IMG/VR virus record: IMGVR_UViG_3300036715_002708
DNA from: an uncultured virus (IMG/VR IMGVR_UViG_3300036715_002708)
Taxonomy: Duplodnaviria; Heunggongvirae; Uroviricota; Caudoviricetes
Length of the DNA: 64,000 nt
Direction: 5' to 3' (one strand)
The position numbers and the translations under genes were made by a program. Of this stretch, positions 38,423 to 48,784 are shown one piece after another. The notes under the pieces were generated by a model. The model searched no databases. It had not been told where the DNA came from and saw only the letters and a list, made by a program, of their open reading frames with translations. Each line of letters begins with the position of its first letter. Within the stretch, counting starts at the first letter, position 1.

Positions 38423-39556
38423 ATGAGCCAAGATGAGTTTATTGACCTTTATTTTCAAGGCAATGGAAGCGATAAGGTCTACCAGGCTTCATTGGAGGCA
38501 ACGGGTAACGGAGATTACATTGTAAGATTTGCTTTTGGTAGAAATGGCACATTTTTGAGAGAAGGGACTAAGACTCCTTCTCCACAACCGTACGGAAAGG
38601 CCAAAAAGATTTATGATAAACTGGTAAATGAGAAGCTAACCAAAGGATATACATCTGGAGCAAGATATAAAAATGGAATTAGCCCTTCATCTGGAGTCAC
38701 TACTGCTCCGACCAGCGCTGCCTCAACTCAAGGCGTCAACTCTCCTTCTAATTTCTCCGGCATTCTTCCTCAGCTCCTTAACTTTATTAGCGAGGAAGAA
38801 GCCTTAGAATTAATAGAAAATAATGATTTTATTATGCAAGAGAAAAAAGACGGTAAGCGGACCATAGTTAAAGTCGAAGCTAGAATCGCCAAGGGTATCA
38901 ACAAAAAGGGTTCTTACATCGGTATCTCACAGGTAATTGCCAAGGAAGCACAAAAATCGCTAGAGGATATATGGATAGACGGAGAAGATGTCAACTGTAA
39001 GCTTTGGGTATTTGACCTTCTTAAGCGTGGGAATACTGACCTAAGTAATCTCCCTTATTTGGAAAGACTAGACCAACTCGCTGAAGTTGTTAAAAAATCC
39101 AATTTCCATTCATGGGCAATAGAGCTAGTTAAAACAGCCAAAACAACAGATGAGAAACGCGCTCTCTTTAGTGCCCTCAAGGAAGCTAATGCGGAAGGAG
39201 TTGTATTTAAAAGGAAGGATGCTCCATATGTCCCAGGAAGGCCATCCAACGGAGGGGACCAACTTAAGTTTAAGTTTTACGCAACAGCTTCCGTTTTGGT
39301 ATCTAAGCAAAATCCTAAACATAGTGTGGCAATAAAAGTACTTGACGGTATGAATTGGGTAGATATTGGAAACGTCACAATACCAGTCAATCATGATATC
39401 CCAGCAGTCGGTACGGTAATAGAGGTCAGGTATCTTTATGCCTATGAGGGAGGCTCTCTATATCAGCCACAGTACCTAGGAAAACGCGACGACACAGACC
39501 CATCCGAGTGCACTATTAGTCAATTAAAATATAAACCAAAAACTGCCAGAGAATAA
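38423..39556 (+). CDS. WGR-domain plus ATP-dependent DNA ligase
   Basis: N-terminal SDKVY..FAFGR.G..K..KGY (WGR-like); ligase motifs EKKDG, IDGE, VFDLL, EGVVFK; C-terminal OB-like region. Confidence 0.85.
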   Translation: MSQDEFIDLYFQGNGSDKVYQASLEATGNGDYIVRFAFGRNGTFLREGTKTPSPQPYGKAKKIYDKLVNEKLTKGYTSGARYKNGISPSSGVTTAPTSAASTQGVNSPSNFSGILPQLLNFISEEEALELIENNDFIMQEKKDGKRTIVKVEARIAKGINKKGSYIGISQVIAKEAQKSLEDIWIDGEDVNCKLWVFDLLKRGNTDLSNLPYLERLDQLAEVVKKSNFHSWAIELVKTAKTTDEKRALFSALKEANAEGVVFKRKDAPYVPGRPSNGGDQLKFKFYATASVLVSKQNPKHSVAIKVLDGMNWVDIGNVTIPVNHDIPAVGTVIEVRYLYAYEGGSLYQPQYLGKRDDTDPSECTISQLKYKPKTARE

Positions 39557-39983
39557 ACTTCATAATCCAAGGGAGCTATTATGGATGGAATCACCACCAC
39601 CGCTAAGTGCAAAATATGCGGAGAAGAAGAGAAGTTTGCGTGGCATTGCTCTATAGCGGAATGTAATATGACTATGACAAAGTTATACGCGCAAGGTAAA
39701 GCATCCGGTCCACAATGCCAAAATCCAGCAGAGCATCACCAGTTTGAACCGGTGAGGTGATGCAATGTTTGATTCCGACGGAATAGTAGCATATGCGGTC
39801 CAAGTTGAAAACGACAAGCATCATAAAATAGCTTTTTTCCTATCTGATAGTGCACCGGTTGTTGGAGAGAAGTATAAGATTACCTTCGTTGTAAAGGAAG
39901 TGTGTCGTCGGAACGGTATTTATGATGGAAAGGTTATAGTGGACCAGTCAAGTGAGGCTATTGAAAGCTGTTAAACTAAGAGA

Positions 39984-40316
39984 ATGGGAAATCCAGAGTC
40001 TATTCGCGCCGAAACGCGACGGCTTGTTGATGATTTTATTAGAAATCCCAACGAAAAATCTTTGCAAAATCTGACACATTATTTATTATCACGTGGTCCA
40101 GAATGGTTCTGTTTCATGGGCATAGCCGCTAATATCAAAGTAGGAGACAATGACGAAATCATATGTAAAGCTTCTAGATGCCCACTTTATTATCCCACTC
40201 CTCCTAGCACATCATTATGCAGTGTGCTTCACGGGGGAGCGAAGTTTCACAGTTCGCGGCTTGCAGAGATTTTAATGATGATGATCGAACTTAGACCAAT
40301 GCTTGACATATATTAA
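39984..40316 (+). CDS. 4-Cys family protein (dispersed)
   Basis: FIRNPNEKSL..CF..C....CPL..C..MMIEL. Confidence 0.75.
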   Translation: MGNPESIRAETRRLVDDFIRNPNEKSLQNLTHYLLSRGPEWFCFMGIAANIKVGDNDEIICKASRCPLYYPTPPSTSLCSVLHGGAKFHSSRLAEILMMMIELRPMLDIY

Positions 40317-40607
40317 CAATGTCACCTCGATTAAAACACAAAGAGATTTTGACTTAAAGATTAATTAGATGATAGAAAGGAGTCCTCCAGTGCCTATGAG
40401 CAAGAAAGTTTTTCATATGAAGCTCAAAATGATAAAACAGCAAGCGGCCACTAGGAACCTTATTGAACAGACTGAAAGACTTCTCCATACTTTAAGATTT
40501 ATTGGAGTTGAATCTTTTGGAGATTCCACTTTAACTTATAGATACGCAATGACAAGAGAGGCACTGGCTAAAGCAAAAAACACAATAGAAATTGGACACA
40601 ATGAAAA

Positions 40608-41054
40608 ATGACAATGTTTAAGTATAAAACGTTTGAACTCCCAGAGCGCATAGCTAAAGTGACGGGCACTCTGCTTTCATCTAGGCTTCACTGTGCAACC
40701 AGCGGCTCTGCCCTACACGGTTGGTACCTTAAACCCACCAAAATTAAAAAGGTGGTTGTATGTAAAGCAGATGGCGTCATTGTTGGCGCAGCCGTTCTTA
40801 TGAAAAGGGAGGATAAAGCATTTAGAACTAACATAGGAGTGTACGTTAAACGAGACTTCCGACGGCAAGGTATTGGGACAGAATTAATTAGGCGCCTATC
40901 CCCACGTAACACACGAACTACAAAACTAATGTGGAACTATGGAATAGCTGGGTCGGAGAGGTTTTACAGAGAGGTAGCTAGTAGACTTCCAACTATGCAA
41001 ATATTTTATGCAAGAGAAAAAGATGGCCGACATAGACATGCCGAATGCAGCTGA
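40608..41054 (+). CDS. GNAT-family acetyltransferase
   Basis: VYVKRDFRRQGIGTELI acetyl-CoA-binding motif A. Confidence 0.8.
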   Translation: MTMFKYKTFELPERIAKVTGTLLSSRLHCATSGSALHGWYLKPTKIKKVVVCKADGVIVGAAVLMKREDKAFRTNIGVYVKRDFRRQGIGTELIRRLSPRNTRTTKLMWNYGIAGSERFYREVASRLPTMQIFYAREKDGRHRHAECS

Positions 41055-41343
41055 GACATATGTTCTAGCAATGCAAGAGTTTTTAAACAAGCCAAGCTTG
41101 CAAAATTTAAGAAAACTTGCTACTGTAAGAGGTAGATTTGGATGTGATGCATTTTTTCCAGAACCCCAGGAATGCAATGCCTGTCCGTATTATAAGAAGA
41201 CCAACAAGTTAGGAGAACGCTGCTTAATCCAAAACTACTATAATCCCAAAACGATTAAGCCTATCCTAGGAGTACTAATAGCGAAAACCATAGAGCAGAT
41301 GGCCAATATAAAAGCGGCATGGAGTTGTTATCTACAGTCATAA
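41008..41343 (+). CDS. 4-Cys family protein (dispersed)
   Basis: FLNKPSLQNL..C..CNACPY..C..IE. Confidence 0.7.
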   Translation: MQEKKMADIDMPNAAETYVLAMQEFLNKPSLQNLRKLATVRGRFGCDAFFPEPQECNACPYYKKTNKLGERCLIQNYYNPKTIKPILGVLIAKTIEQMANIKAAWSCYLQS

Positions 41344-41725
41344 GAGCATTAACAGGATTCATAGCAATTTCAAAGTTGATTTAGTTAACGGCAATCGGAG
41401 AATACAGTGGCATACAAGAGATGGGAAGAAGACGGTCGAGTTGTAGAGGAACGTGACTCTGGCTATGGAAAAGCTGTATTTGTTGACGGAGTAGAAGTCA
41501 ATGAAACTTTCGGTGCCGCCGTTAGGCGGGTAATGGCGGAAGAAAGCCTTAAGAAACTTCTGAACCCCAAGAACAAGAGCTAAGAAACGATTGACGTTTG
41601 AATGGCTTAACGGCCATGGGGCTTAAAGGACTCAAGCTCCGCCATTGTGGTTCAAACAAGAGCGGCTATGTTAATCTGGTGTAGTTAACATAGTTTATTG
41701 AATGCACCACAAAAGGAGTAGAGCC

Positions 41726-42070
41726 ATGACCAACAAGAAGAGTTCGATTTTCGGTCAAACGTTTGCTGGAGTAAAGGTAACTCGTAATACGCTACGCGAG
41801 CCCAAAGCTGGTAAGTTTGGTATTTACGAAGTGACGGTGGGAAAGACCAAATCGGCTATTCTGTTTGGAGCGACTAAAGCCTTTAGGGCTGCACTTGCTA
41901 TTGCCAAGGCAGAATACCCAAAAGCATACGAAGCTATGATGGTGCGATTGGCGGAGAATAAACCTACCCCTAAGAAAACCAAGAAACCGGCTAAGGCCAT
42001 TCTAACACCTAAAGAGGCAACTACGCTTGCTCGTCTTCTTAAAAAGGCCGGCGTGAAGGTCCGAGGATAA
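41726..42070 (+). CDS. basic Lys/Ala-rich protein, possible distant homolog of 2253/2788/20463
   Basis: AAGGAG RBS; F..A.AI....(F/Y)P.AYE..K..K.A motif. Confidence 0.7.
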   Translation: MTNKKSSIFGQTFAGVKVTRNTLREPKAGKFGIYEVTVGKTKSAILFGATKAFRAALAIAKAEYPKAYEAMMVRLAENKPTPKKTKKPAKAILTPKEATTLARLLKKAGVKVRG

Positions 42071-42089
42071 AGGTCAATAAGGAGAAGCC

Positions 42090-42443
42090 ATGAATAAGCT
42101 AATGTGGAATAAAGCTTATATCCCAGCTATCCCTTTGAACACCCAGGAAACATACTTTTGGAATACAGGTGTTAATCGTTTTAACGCAATGTCAATGCAC
42201 GCCAGACGGCGAGTTGTTAGAGCATTGCGAAATGGAGCTTCTAGCGCCGGAATAGTGGACGCTCTTAAAATTACATATCCATCACAGATAACGAATCATC
42301 TTAGTTTGACTGACTTGGGTTATGTGATTTATGCCCTAAAAGCCGCTCTGATCATTCCCCCTGAACACAGGGGAAGGTCAAAATACGTAGCTACTAGGAT
42401 TGGCACAAGCAAGGCCCGTTCAATTGCAAAGCTTTTGCGCTGA
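42090..42443 (+). CDS. basic hypothetical protein
   Basis: AAGGAG RBS. Confidence 0.7.
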   Translation: MNKLMWNKAYIPAIPLNTQETYFWNTGVNRFNAMSMHARRRVVRALRNGASSAGIVDALKITYPSQITNHLSLTDLGYVIYALKAALIIPPEHRGRSKYVATRIGTSKARSIAKLLR

Positions 42444-42498
42444 AATATCTCTACTCGGTATTTTTCGTCGTAGAAACCTTTAAGATGGAAAATAAAGT

Positions 42499-42545
42499 GG
42501 TTTGATGTTATATTTAGGGGGTGGGGGCTTTCCCCACTCCCTAAA
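42499..42545 (+). promoter_or_regulatory. GGTTTGRTGYTATATTTA box plus GC hairpin (copy 1)
   Basis: Near-identical element at 58451-58497. Confidence 0.55.
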
Positions 42546-42589
42546 ATTAAGCTTTAGAAAGCAGACAGAGGTACTGAGAGTGGAATAGA

Positions 42590-43618
42590 ATGATACCCAT
42601 AAAAGAGCTGATGAGCAGACTCATTTCGGAATTGCAGTTTATGCGAACGTTAAATAAACACGGGAAACTTATTTTATTATCATTGGCAGGCTCCCGTCTA
42701 TTTGGAACGGCTGATGAAAGTAGCGATGTTGATATACGAGGAGTTTTTCTCCCTCCATTAAGCGATTGCCTGCTTGGCCAACAACCGGAATCGGTATCTT
42801 TCAAGTTTCCCCTTCCCTCTGTTTGCAAAGAACCATTGGACTGCTCGTTGTGGTCGGTACAAAAATTTACGAAATTGTTGAGAGAGGGTGACACCAACGC
42901 TCTGTCACTGTTCTTTTCTTATACTCATGAAGGGGCAGTTCTCCAAGAACCTGAAATCGGAAAACTGCTCAAAATCCCCGTGTGGGAGTTTGCGCCATCG
43001 GACCTTAAGGGTATGCGCGGGTATGTCTACTCGCAGGCAATCAAATACGGCGCAAAGGGAGATAAATTAAGGTTACTTGAGGAGCTTTGTGAAGTATTGT
43101 ACTCTGCACAAGAACCTTCAACTGTGGCGTATGCAAAAACCAGGCTCGTGCCCATTCAGCAAAAGTATCCTAAGTATTTGGCAATTAACTGGTTTGCCCC
43201 AGATGGCAAACCCGCTGTTCGGGTACTTGACAAACTATTTTTAGACTCGTCGTCTACAGCATTGATGTACGGGTCCTGTAAGGCTATGAGAGATTCGTAC
43301 GGAGTAAGAGCCAAGAAGACAAAAGAAAGTGCTGGCGTTGACTGGAAAGCATTTATGCAGTCCCTTCGTGTACTAACCGAGATGATTCAGCTTTATGAAA
43401 CGGGTAAAATCGTTTATCCGCTTCACAATGCTGAGTTTCTCACTAATGTCAAGAGGGGAAATATAGATATAAAGGAAGCTCAGACGGTGCTAGATTCAAT
43501 GCTCAAAAAAGTAGAAGAGCTTGAGATAGCACAAGTGAATAAAAATGGAACTCGCCACCCAGAAACGCTAGATAGGGAAATCATTTCAATGTATGGAGTT
43601 TGCGAGAACCAGTTATAA
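42590..43618 (+). CDS. nucleotidyltransferase, RlaP/T4 NrdC.11-like (Pol-beta superfamily)
   Basis: GSRLFGT..SSDVDIRGVFLP; YGAKG; VDWKA..LR. Confidence 0.85.
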   Translation: MIPIKELMSRLISELQFMRTLNKHGKLILLSLAGSRLFGTADESSDVDIRGVFLPPLSDCLLGQQPESVSFKFPLPSVCKEPLDCSLWSVQKFTKLLREGDTNALSLFFSYTHEGAVLQEPEIGKLLKIPVWEFAPSDLKGMRGYVYSQAIKYGAKGDKLRLLEELCEVLYSAQEPSTVAYAKTRLVPIQQKYPKYLAINWFAPDGKPAVRVLDKLFLDSSSTALMYGSCKAMRDSYGVRAKKTKESAGVDWKAFMQSLRVLTEMIQLYETGKIVYPLHNAEFLTNVKRGNIDIKEAQTVLDSMLKKVEELEIAQVNKNGTRHPETLDREIISMYGVCENQL

Positions 43619-43631
43619 GGAGATTAAGAAA

Positions 43632-43958
43632 ATGACTGAACAAAAGTCCGCACCAACTGCACTGTTTCTTATGTTTCTTTTCGTCATTATGTACACTCTA
43701 TGGTCCGGATTTGTTCTGCTAACGCTGTGGGATTGGTTCGCATTTCCCATTGGTCTCCCGCACTTATCGTATGTCGAAGCGATGGGAATTGCTCTACTGA
43801 CTAGGTTTCTAACCAGACCATCGCCTGGAATGCTCCCAAAGAACATGACCGAGGAAGATGACTTTCTTATCAGATTTGCAATAGTTCAGTGGACATATGG
43901 CATACTGTACCCGTTGTTTACGCTCGTTATTGGCTGGACTTTGCATTTGTATCTGTGA
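43632..43958 (+). CDS. membrane protein
   Basis: Three hydrophobic helices; LWDWF..GLP.LSY.EA.G. Confidence 0.7.
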   Translation: MTEQKSAPTALFLMFLFVIMYTLWSGFVLLTLWDWFAFPIGLPHLSYVEAMGIALLTRFLTRPSPGMLPKNMTEEDDFLIRFAIVQWTYGILYPLFTLVIGWTLHLYL

Positions 43959-44045
43959 CTTTCCGAAGATGAAAGCTATAGAATAGCAAAAGGAAATCAA
44001 TGTAGCTCATTCACGTTATAACACAATAACCAGGAGACGCTTCTA

Positions 44046-45431
44046 ATGTTTTTCCCAAGCGCAGTCCGCAAGATTTTCGAGGCTGTCGAACAAGCAAACG
44101 GCCGCGCATTTGTTGTGGGCGGGAGCGTGCGTGATGCGTTTCTTGGACTTCCAGTCAAAGACTATGACATCGAAGTTTATGGGCTTTCTCCTGAAACTCT
44201 TATGACTGTTTTGTCCACTGTCGGTAAAGTAGACGCGGTGGGTGTGTCTTTTGGAGTTCTAAAAGTCCGTGTTGAAGACATGACTCTTGACGTGTCATTG
44301 CCTCGACGCGATTCAAAGGCGGGTACGGGTCATAAGGGGTTTAACATTGTAGCTGACCCCACAATGACTCCAACAGAAGCCGCGTCTAGACGTGATTTCA
44401 CGATTAACAGTATGATGGTTGGGGGTAACGGAGAAATCTTTGACCCGTTCAGTGGTCAGATGGACATTAACAACAGGGTGCTTCGTGCTACGTCTGCTGA
44501 TACTTTTGCCGATGACACCCTGCGTGTTCTTCGAGGCTTTCAATTCGTAGCCAGATTTGGGTTCGCTGTCAGTGAAGACACCATTGAGTATTGCCGCAAA
44601 ATGGGTTCTGAATTTTCGACCCTATCAACGGAGCGGATTTGGGGAGAGTGGGATAAATGGGCATTGAAAGGTATTCAGCCCTCGCTCGGACTTCGTTTCT
44701 TGAGAGCCTGCGCATGGGATGAAAAGTTTCCTGAAATCCACAGACTGATTGGGGTGCCGCAAGACTCTAAGTGGCATCCTGAAGGCGATTGTTTTGAGCA
44801 CGTTTGTCATGTTGTCGATGCCGCAGCCACAATAGCCGCGAGAGAGCAACTCTCCGACGACGACCGTAGAACGCTGATGTTCACTGCGCTTTGCCATGAT
44901 TTCGGGAAACCCTCTACAACTAAATATGTTGATGGAAAGATACGCTCTTTTGAACATGCCGTCGTAGGTGTTAAGTTTGCGAGGAGTTTTCTCACTTCGA
45001 TTGGAGCACCACTCGCACTGATAGAGCGGGTCGCTATTCTCACTGAACGGCACCTTGCTCACATTGACTATATTAAAAACGGCGCTTCTGAGAGGGTTGT
45101 GCGTAGACTGTCAAAGACCCTCGCAGATTCGGGCACCACGATGAGAATGCTTGGATGGGTAATTGAAGCGGATCATTCTGGCAGACCTGGTATGCCACCA
45201 GATATGAGGGCAATGCTTGAGGTAGCTGAAAAGCTCGCTGTTACTGAATCTGGTCCAAAACCCCTGCTTTACGGACGACATCTCATAGAATTAGGAATGA
45301 CACCATCTAAGCTTTTTGGAGTTGTGCTTAAACACTGTTTCCAAGCACAACTGGATGGTACAGTTACCACTGTTGAAGAAGCTAAGGCAGAAGCTGCTAG
45401 TTTTCTGAAGCGGAGAATAGCCAATGAGTAG
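44046..45431 (+). CDS. cca: CCA-adding tRNA nucleotidyltransferase with HD domain
   Basis: VGGSVRD..DYDIEV, RRDFTIN, DDTLRVLR, ERI..E, HPEG..H, HDFGK. Confidence 0.9.
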   Translation: MFFPSAVRKIFEAVEQANGRAFVVGGSVRDAFLGLPVKDYDIEVYGLSPETLMTVLSTVGKVDAVGVSFGVLKVRVEDMTLDVSLPRRDSKAGTGHKGFNIVADPTMTPTEAASRRDFTINSMMVGGNGEIFDPFSGQMDINNRVLRATSADTFADDTLRVLRGFQFVARFGFAVSEDTIEYCRKMGSEFSTLSTERIWGEWDKWALKGIQPSLGLRFLRACAWDEKFPEIHRLIGVPQDSKWHPEGDCFEHVCHVVDAAATIAAREQLSDDDRRTLMFTALCHDFGKPSTTKYVDGKIRSFEHAVVGVKFARSFLTSIGAPLALIERVAILTERHLAHIDYIKNGASERVVRRLSKTLADSGTTMRMLGWVIEADHSGRPGMPPDMRAMLEVAEKLAVTESGPKPLLYGRHLIELGMTPSKLFGVVLKHCFQAQLDGTVTTVEEAKAEAASFLKRRIANE

Positions 45432-46590
45432 TCATGCTGTCGAAGTGGTGAGAATTGGGAAGATACTACCAATAGATGGTGCCGACCAGATTGAACAAAC
45501 CAAAGTTTGGGGATTTACGTGTGTTATCAAGAAGGGCCAATTCCGAGAAGGCGATTTAGCGGGGTGGATTCCTCCAGACAGCATTGTCGATACTAGCGTT
45601 CCTGAATTTACGTTTCTGCGGGAGCGAAATAATAAGATATACGAAACGTATCGTATCAGGGGTCAGAAATTTCGGGGATGCTATTCGCAAGGTCTTTTGA
45701 TTCCTGCCCGTCCGCATTGGGCGCTAGGGCAGGACGTGACCGCCGAACTTAAAGTGGAGCACTATGAACCCGGTGTTATGGGCGCAAAAATTGGGGGCCT
45801 GCCAACTAAAGCGCCCCTGATTGGCGGCGTTCCCGCGCCTGAGTACACAGAAATTGAAAATTTTCGGCGGTATGACGACCTTTTTGACAGCCTTAATCAG
45901 GATGTTGTAGTTAGCTCCAAAATCCATGGGACAAATGCGCGGTTTGTATATGATGGCAAACAGCTGCACGTTGGGTCCCATCATCAATGGAAATTGGGAG
46001 TTAAGCAAAACGCTCTCGTACGCTGGATTCTGTCTTTCTCGTATGTTAAGGCACTTATTGGTCCAAAATGGGTTTCCTACTTAACTGGTCCTTCACAGCT
46101 TGATGTTTATTGGACTATTGCAAAGAAATACAATCTTGAGGAAAAGCTTAAACGTATCCCAAATACTATTGTGTTTGGGGAGATTTATGGGGCGACAATT
46201 CAAGCGGGATTTCCTTATGACACTTCTCAAGGCGAACCAATAAAATTGCGAGTTTTTGATATTATGAAAGACGGCAAATATCTCGATTGGGACACCATGG
46301 TTAGCCTTGCACACACGTTGGGATTGGAAACCGTTGCAGAAATATACAGGGGACCGTGGGACAAAGAAGCTATTATTGCGTTAGCCGAAGCGGACGACCC
46401 AATTGCTACAGCGGTTGGGAAAACTCAGATACAGGAGGGTGTAGTAGTAAAGCCAATCAAGGAAACGACTCATCCGAAGCTTGGTCGTCTTGTTCTTAAG
46501 ATAATTAGCAACAGATATTTGACGCATAAAGAAGATAAGAAGAACAAGAAACAACGAAAAAACACAACTCAAACCCAGGAGGAAAAATGA
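45424..46590 (+). CDS. ATP-dependent RNA ligase, DRB0094/Rnl5-like with N-terminal OB domain
   Basis: PIDGAD.IE..V.G..CV.KKG.F; SKIHGTN; FGEIYG; VFDI; EGVVVK; LKIIS. Confidence 0.85.
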   Translation: MSSHAVEVVRIGKILPIDGADQIEQTKVWGFTCVIKKGQFREGDLAGWIPPDSIVDTSVPEFTFLRERNNKIYETYRIRGQKFRGCYSQGLLIPARPHWALGQDVTAELKVEHYEPGVMGAKIGGLPTKAPLIGGVPAPEYTEIENFRRYDDLFDSLNQDVVVSSKIHGTNARFVYDGKQLHVGSHHQWKLGVKQNALVRWILSFSYVKALIGPKWVSYLTGPSQLDVYWTIAKKYNLEEKLKRIPNTIVFGEIYGATIQAGFPYDTSQGEPIKLRVFDIMKDGKYLDWDTMVSLAHTLGLETVAEIYRGPWDKEAIIALAEADDPIATAVGKTQIQEGVVVKPIKETTHPKLGRLVLKIISNRYLTHKEDKKNKKQRKNTTQTQEEK

Positions 46591-46814
46591 GAGAAAAATT
46601 CAACAAAATATGCAGCAGTGTCATTAACTTGTTTCTTAAGATGATACCTACGCGACTTAGAAAGTCTCCCAAGATGGTGGAAATCGAGGTAGACATTCCA
46701 GCCGAAACTTATGCTGAACTCGTTCTTGCTGCTCAAAGAGAAGGCATTACCGTAGACGAGTTAGCGACTAGAATCGTAAGCGACTTCATTAAGAGATATG
46801 ATGCGAATGAATAA
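46587..46814 (+). CDS. ribbon-helix-helix-like small protein
   Basis: IEVDIPAETYAELVLAAQREGITVDEL. Confidence 0.5.
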   Translation: MREKFNKICSSVINLFLKMIPTRLRKSPKMVEIEVDIPAETYAELVLAAQREGITVDELATRIVSDFIKRYDANE

Positions 46815-47165
46815 AAACAGCCAAGCGGAAGTAGTCAATAATTCTCACCTAAGAGACATTGATTTATTTTACATTGCCATGGCCGGACTAGAGGAAAAGC
46901 ATGGCAACAGAAGTTCAATGTTAAAAGTCGGCATGATTGACGCATTTATAAGCTATTTGAAGACGAGTGGATATGAGGTTGCTAAGGACGCGCTGTATTT
47001 CATGCTATACGTAACCGGTGAACCTATAGACACAACGGCGCCCGACTTTAGGTTGTGGCTGTTAGAGTCAAGGATGAAATTGTTGGAAGCAAAAATATCA
47101 GAAGCAAACGAAAAAATAATAGAGTTGACAAAGCAAATAAAAGAAGGTATCTGACATTAAGACAA

Positions 47166-47288
47166 GCACAAGGGATTGATAGTTTGTGCATTAAATCGGC
47201 TTGGATGGATACATCCTGAACGCGCGGAGCACCCTACGCGGAAACGGGTGTCTGTTTGGTGAAAAGCCAAACGAGGGGATGCACAATG
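47166..47288 (+). promoter_or_regulatory. candidate cis-regulatory structured RNA leader
   Basis: Multibranch fold with a pseudoknot; closing stem covers the RBS-ATG spacer; an alternative pairing is available. Confidence 0.4.
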
Positions 47289-47582
47289 ACTGACGTGGAA
47301 AAACGCGCCTCAAGGCTTATCAGCGAAACTTGCCACTCTAACCCTTTGGTCTTTGGAAAAAACTCGGGACCATGGGCAGGAATGCCATTTGATAAGGCTG
47401 TGGCAAAACTTACAAAGATTGACGAAGATTTAAAAGCAGAACTGCAAGCTATCATCAAATCAGCAAGAGACAAAGCAGCTAAAGAGAAAGCGGTTTATCC
47501 GAAACGCACAGCATCTGATTGGGCTTATATTCAAAAACTTAAAAGAATAGGAATCATTAAAGACGTTAGGCGCCATGAGTGA
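47286..47582 (+). CDS. hypothetical protein
   Basis: ATG after GAGGGG. Confidence 0.7.
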   Translation: MTDVEKRASRLISETCHSNPLVFGKNSGPWAGMPFDKAVAKLTKIDEDLKAELQAIIKSARDKAAKEKAVYPKRTASDWAYIQKLKRIGIIKDVRRHE

Positions 47583-48165
47583 TCGAGATACCTTTGGAGC
47601 GGAGAGCACTCACAATGGGGTATGGAAAGATGAGCTTATTCTAAGTATAGTCCAATTTAAAAAAGCGATAGAATCCTTTTTAGCAGACCCAGGGGAAATC
47701 CCGCTCCTTAAGATTCGTAAAGATTTTTTGAAAAGAAGAAAGTGTCCGCTGAAGGTTGGAGTTGGGGGATTTTCTCGTGGTCTGTATAATCATACAATGG
47801 ATAGTATTACTGGTTACATTGCCGATAATCCAGCAGTGTCAGCTCTTCGCGATAAAATAAAACAAAAATCAAAAAGCGCTGATACTTATCCTTATCTCTA
47901 TTCCTTTTGCGACGTATGTCCACTTGGAGACAAAAACGGAAGGTGTCGCATAGACGAATTTCATTCGATAGCTAGGGCTAGAATGGCCCTTCAACAAGAG
48001 ATAAAAAGTGGAAAGGCTGAACATACAGTATCGCATAAGATTTTAGACGGATACCGTTCCACGTGCTCGACTTTAATGGGCTCTTGTCTAATCGGTCTTA
48101 TTGAACTTTCTGCTATTCTTTCTTCTATTGTTGATGGAGATAAAAATAAACATGACGAGATTTAG
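47575..48165 (+). CDS. 4-Cys family protein with long insertions
   Basis: IESFLADP..KCPL..CDVCPL..C..LIGLIELSA. Confidence 0.65.
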   Translation: MSDRDTFGAESTHNGVWKDELILSIVQFKKAIESFLADPGEIPLLKIRKDFLKRRKCPLKVGVGGFSRGLYNHTMDSITGYIADNPAVSALRDKIKQKSKSADTYPYLYSFCDVCPLGDKNGRCRIDEFHSIARARMALQQEIKSGKAEHTVSHKILDGYRSTCSTLMGSCLIGLIELSAILSSIVDGDKNKHDEI

Positions 48166-48345
48166 GCCAGGTGATATCGTATCTGTTGTTCCTCGCGAAG
48201 ATGATGATTTCTTTCCATTTATAGGAACAATACAAAACTGTGTAGTTGACACTGGTGAGACATTATATATAGTTGTTGGATACGAAGATGAAATCTACAC
48301 AGTTACTGAAGAGCAGTTAAGCTTTGCGGAAGAAGAGAGAGAGAA

Positions 48346-48696
48346 ATGAACTTTCCATGTATTAAATGCGGAGCCACGCTATATGGAATAGTACCGAATG
48401 ATTGGCCGTTCCCAAATATTTTTCCGATAACCTGTTCGTCATGCGGAGAGCAGCAGCTAATTACAGCTAAGGGCATCATGAATTGGACTGAAGCATTTGA
48501 AGTGCTAGATAAGGCTTTTACTGTTAAGGGAGTTTGTTTCGCAGATATTAGTAACGACTTACCTAAATGGGAAACCAATCAGACAGCAGCGTCTAGACCA
48601 CCCATCACAACAGAGGAAAATGTTAAAGCTCAAGATAACGACGCTTCTAGCGGACAGGTTGTTAATATTTTAACCTGGAAAAAGAGGAAAAAATGA
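48346..48696 (+). CDS. zinc-ribbon protein
   Basis: CIKCG..CSSCG. Confidence 0.7.
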   Translation: MNFPCIKCGATLYGIVPNDWPFPNIFPITCSSCGEQQLITAKGIMNWTEAFEVLDKAFTVKGVCFADISNDLPKWETNQTAASRPPITTEENVKAQDNDASSGQVVNILTWKKRKK

Positions 48697-48784
48697 AATT
48701 GCTAAAAATAATAATAATCGACTTTTGGTTTAATGGGTTTGAATACTACCAAGAGAAACTGCTGGACCTTTTAAGGCGAAAGAA

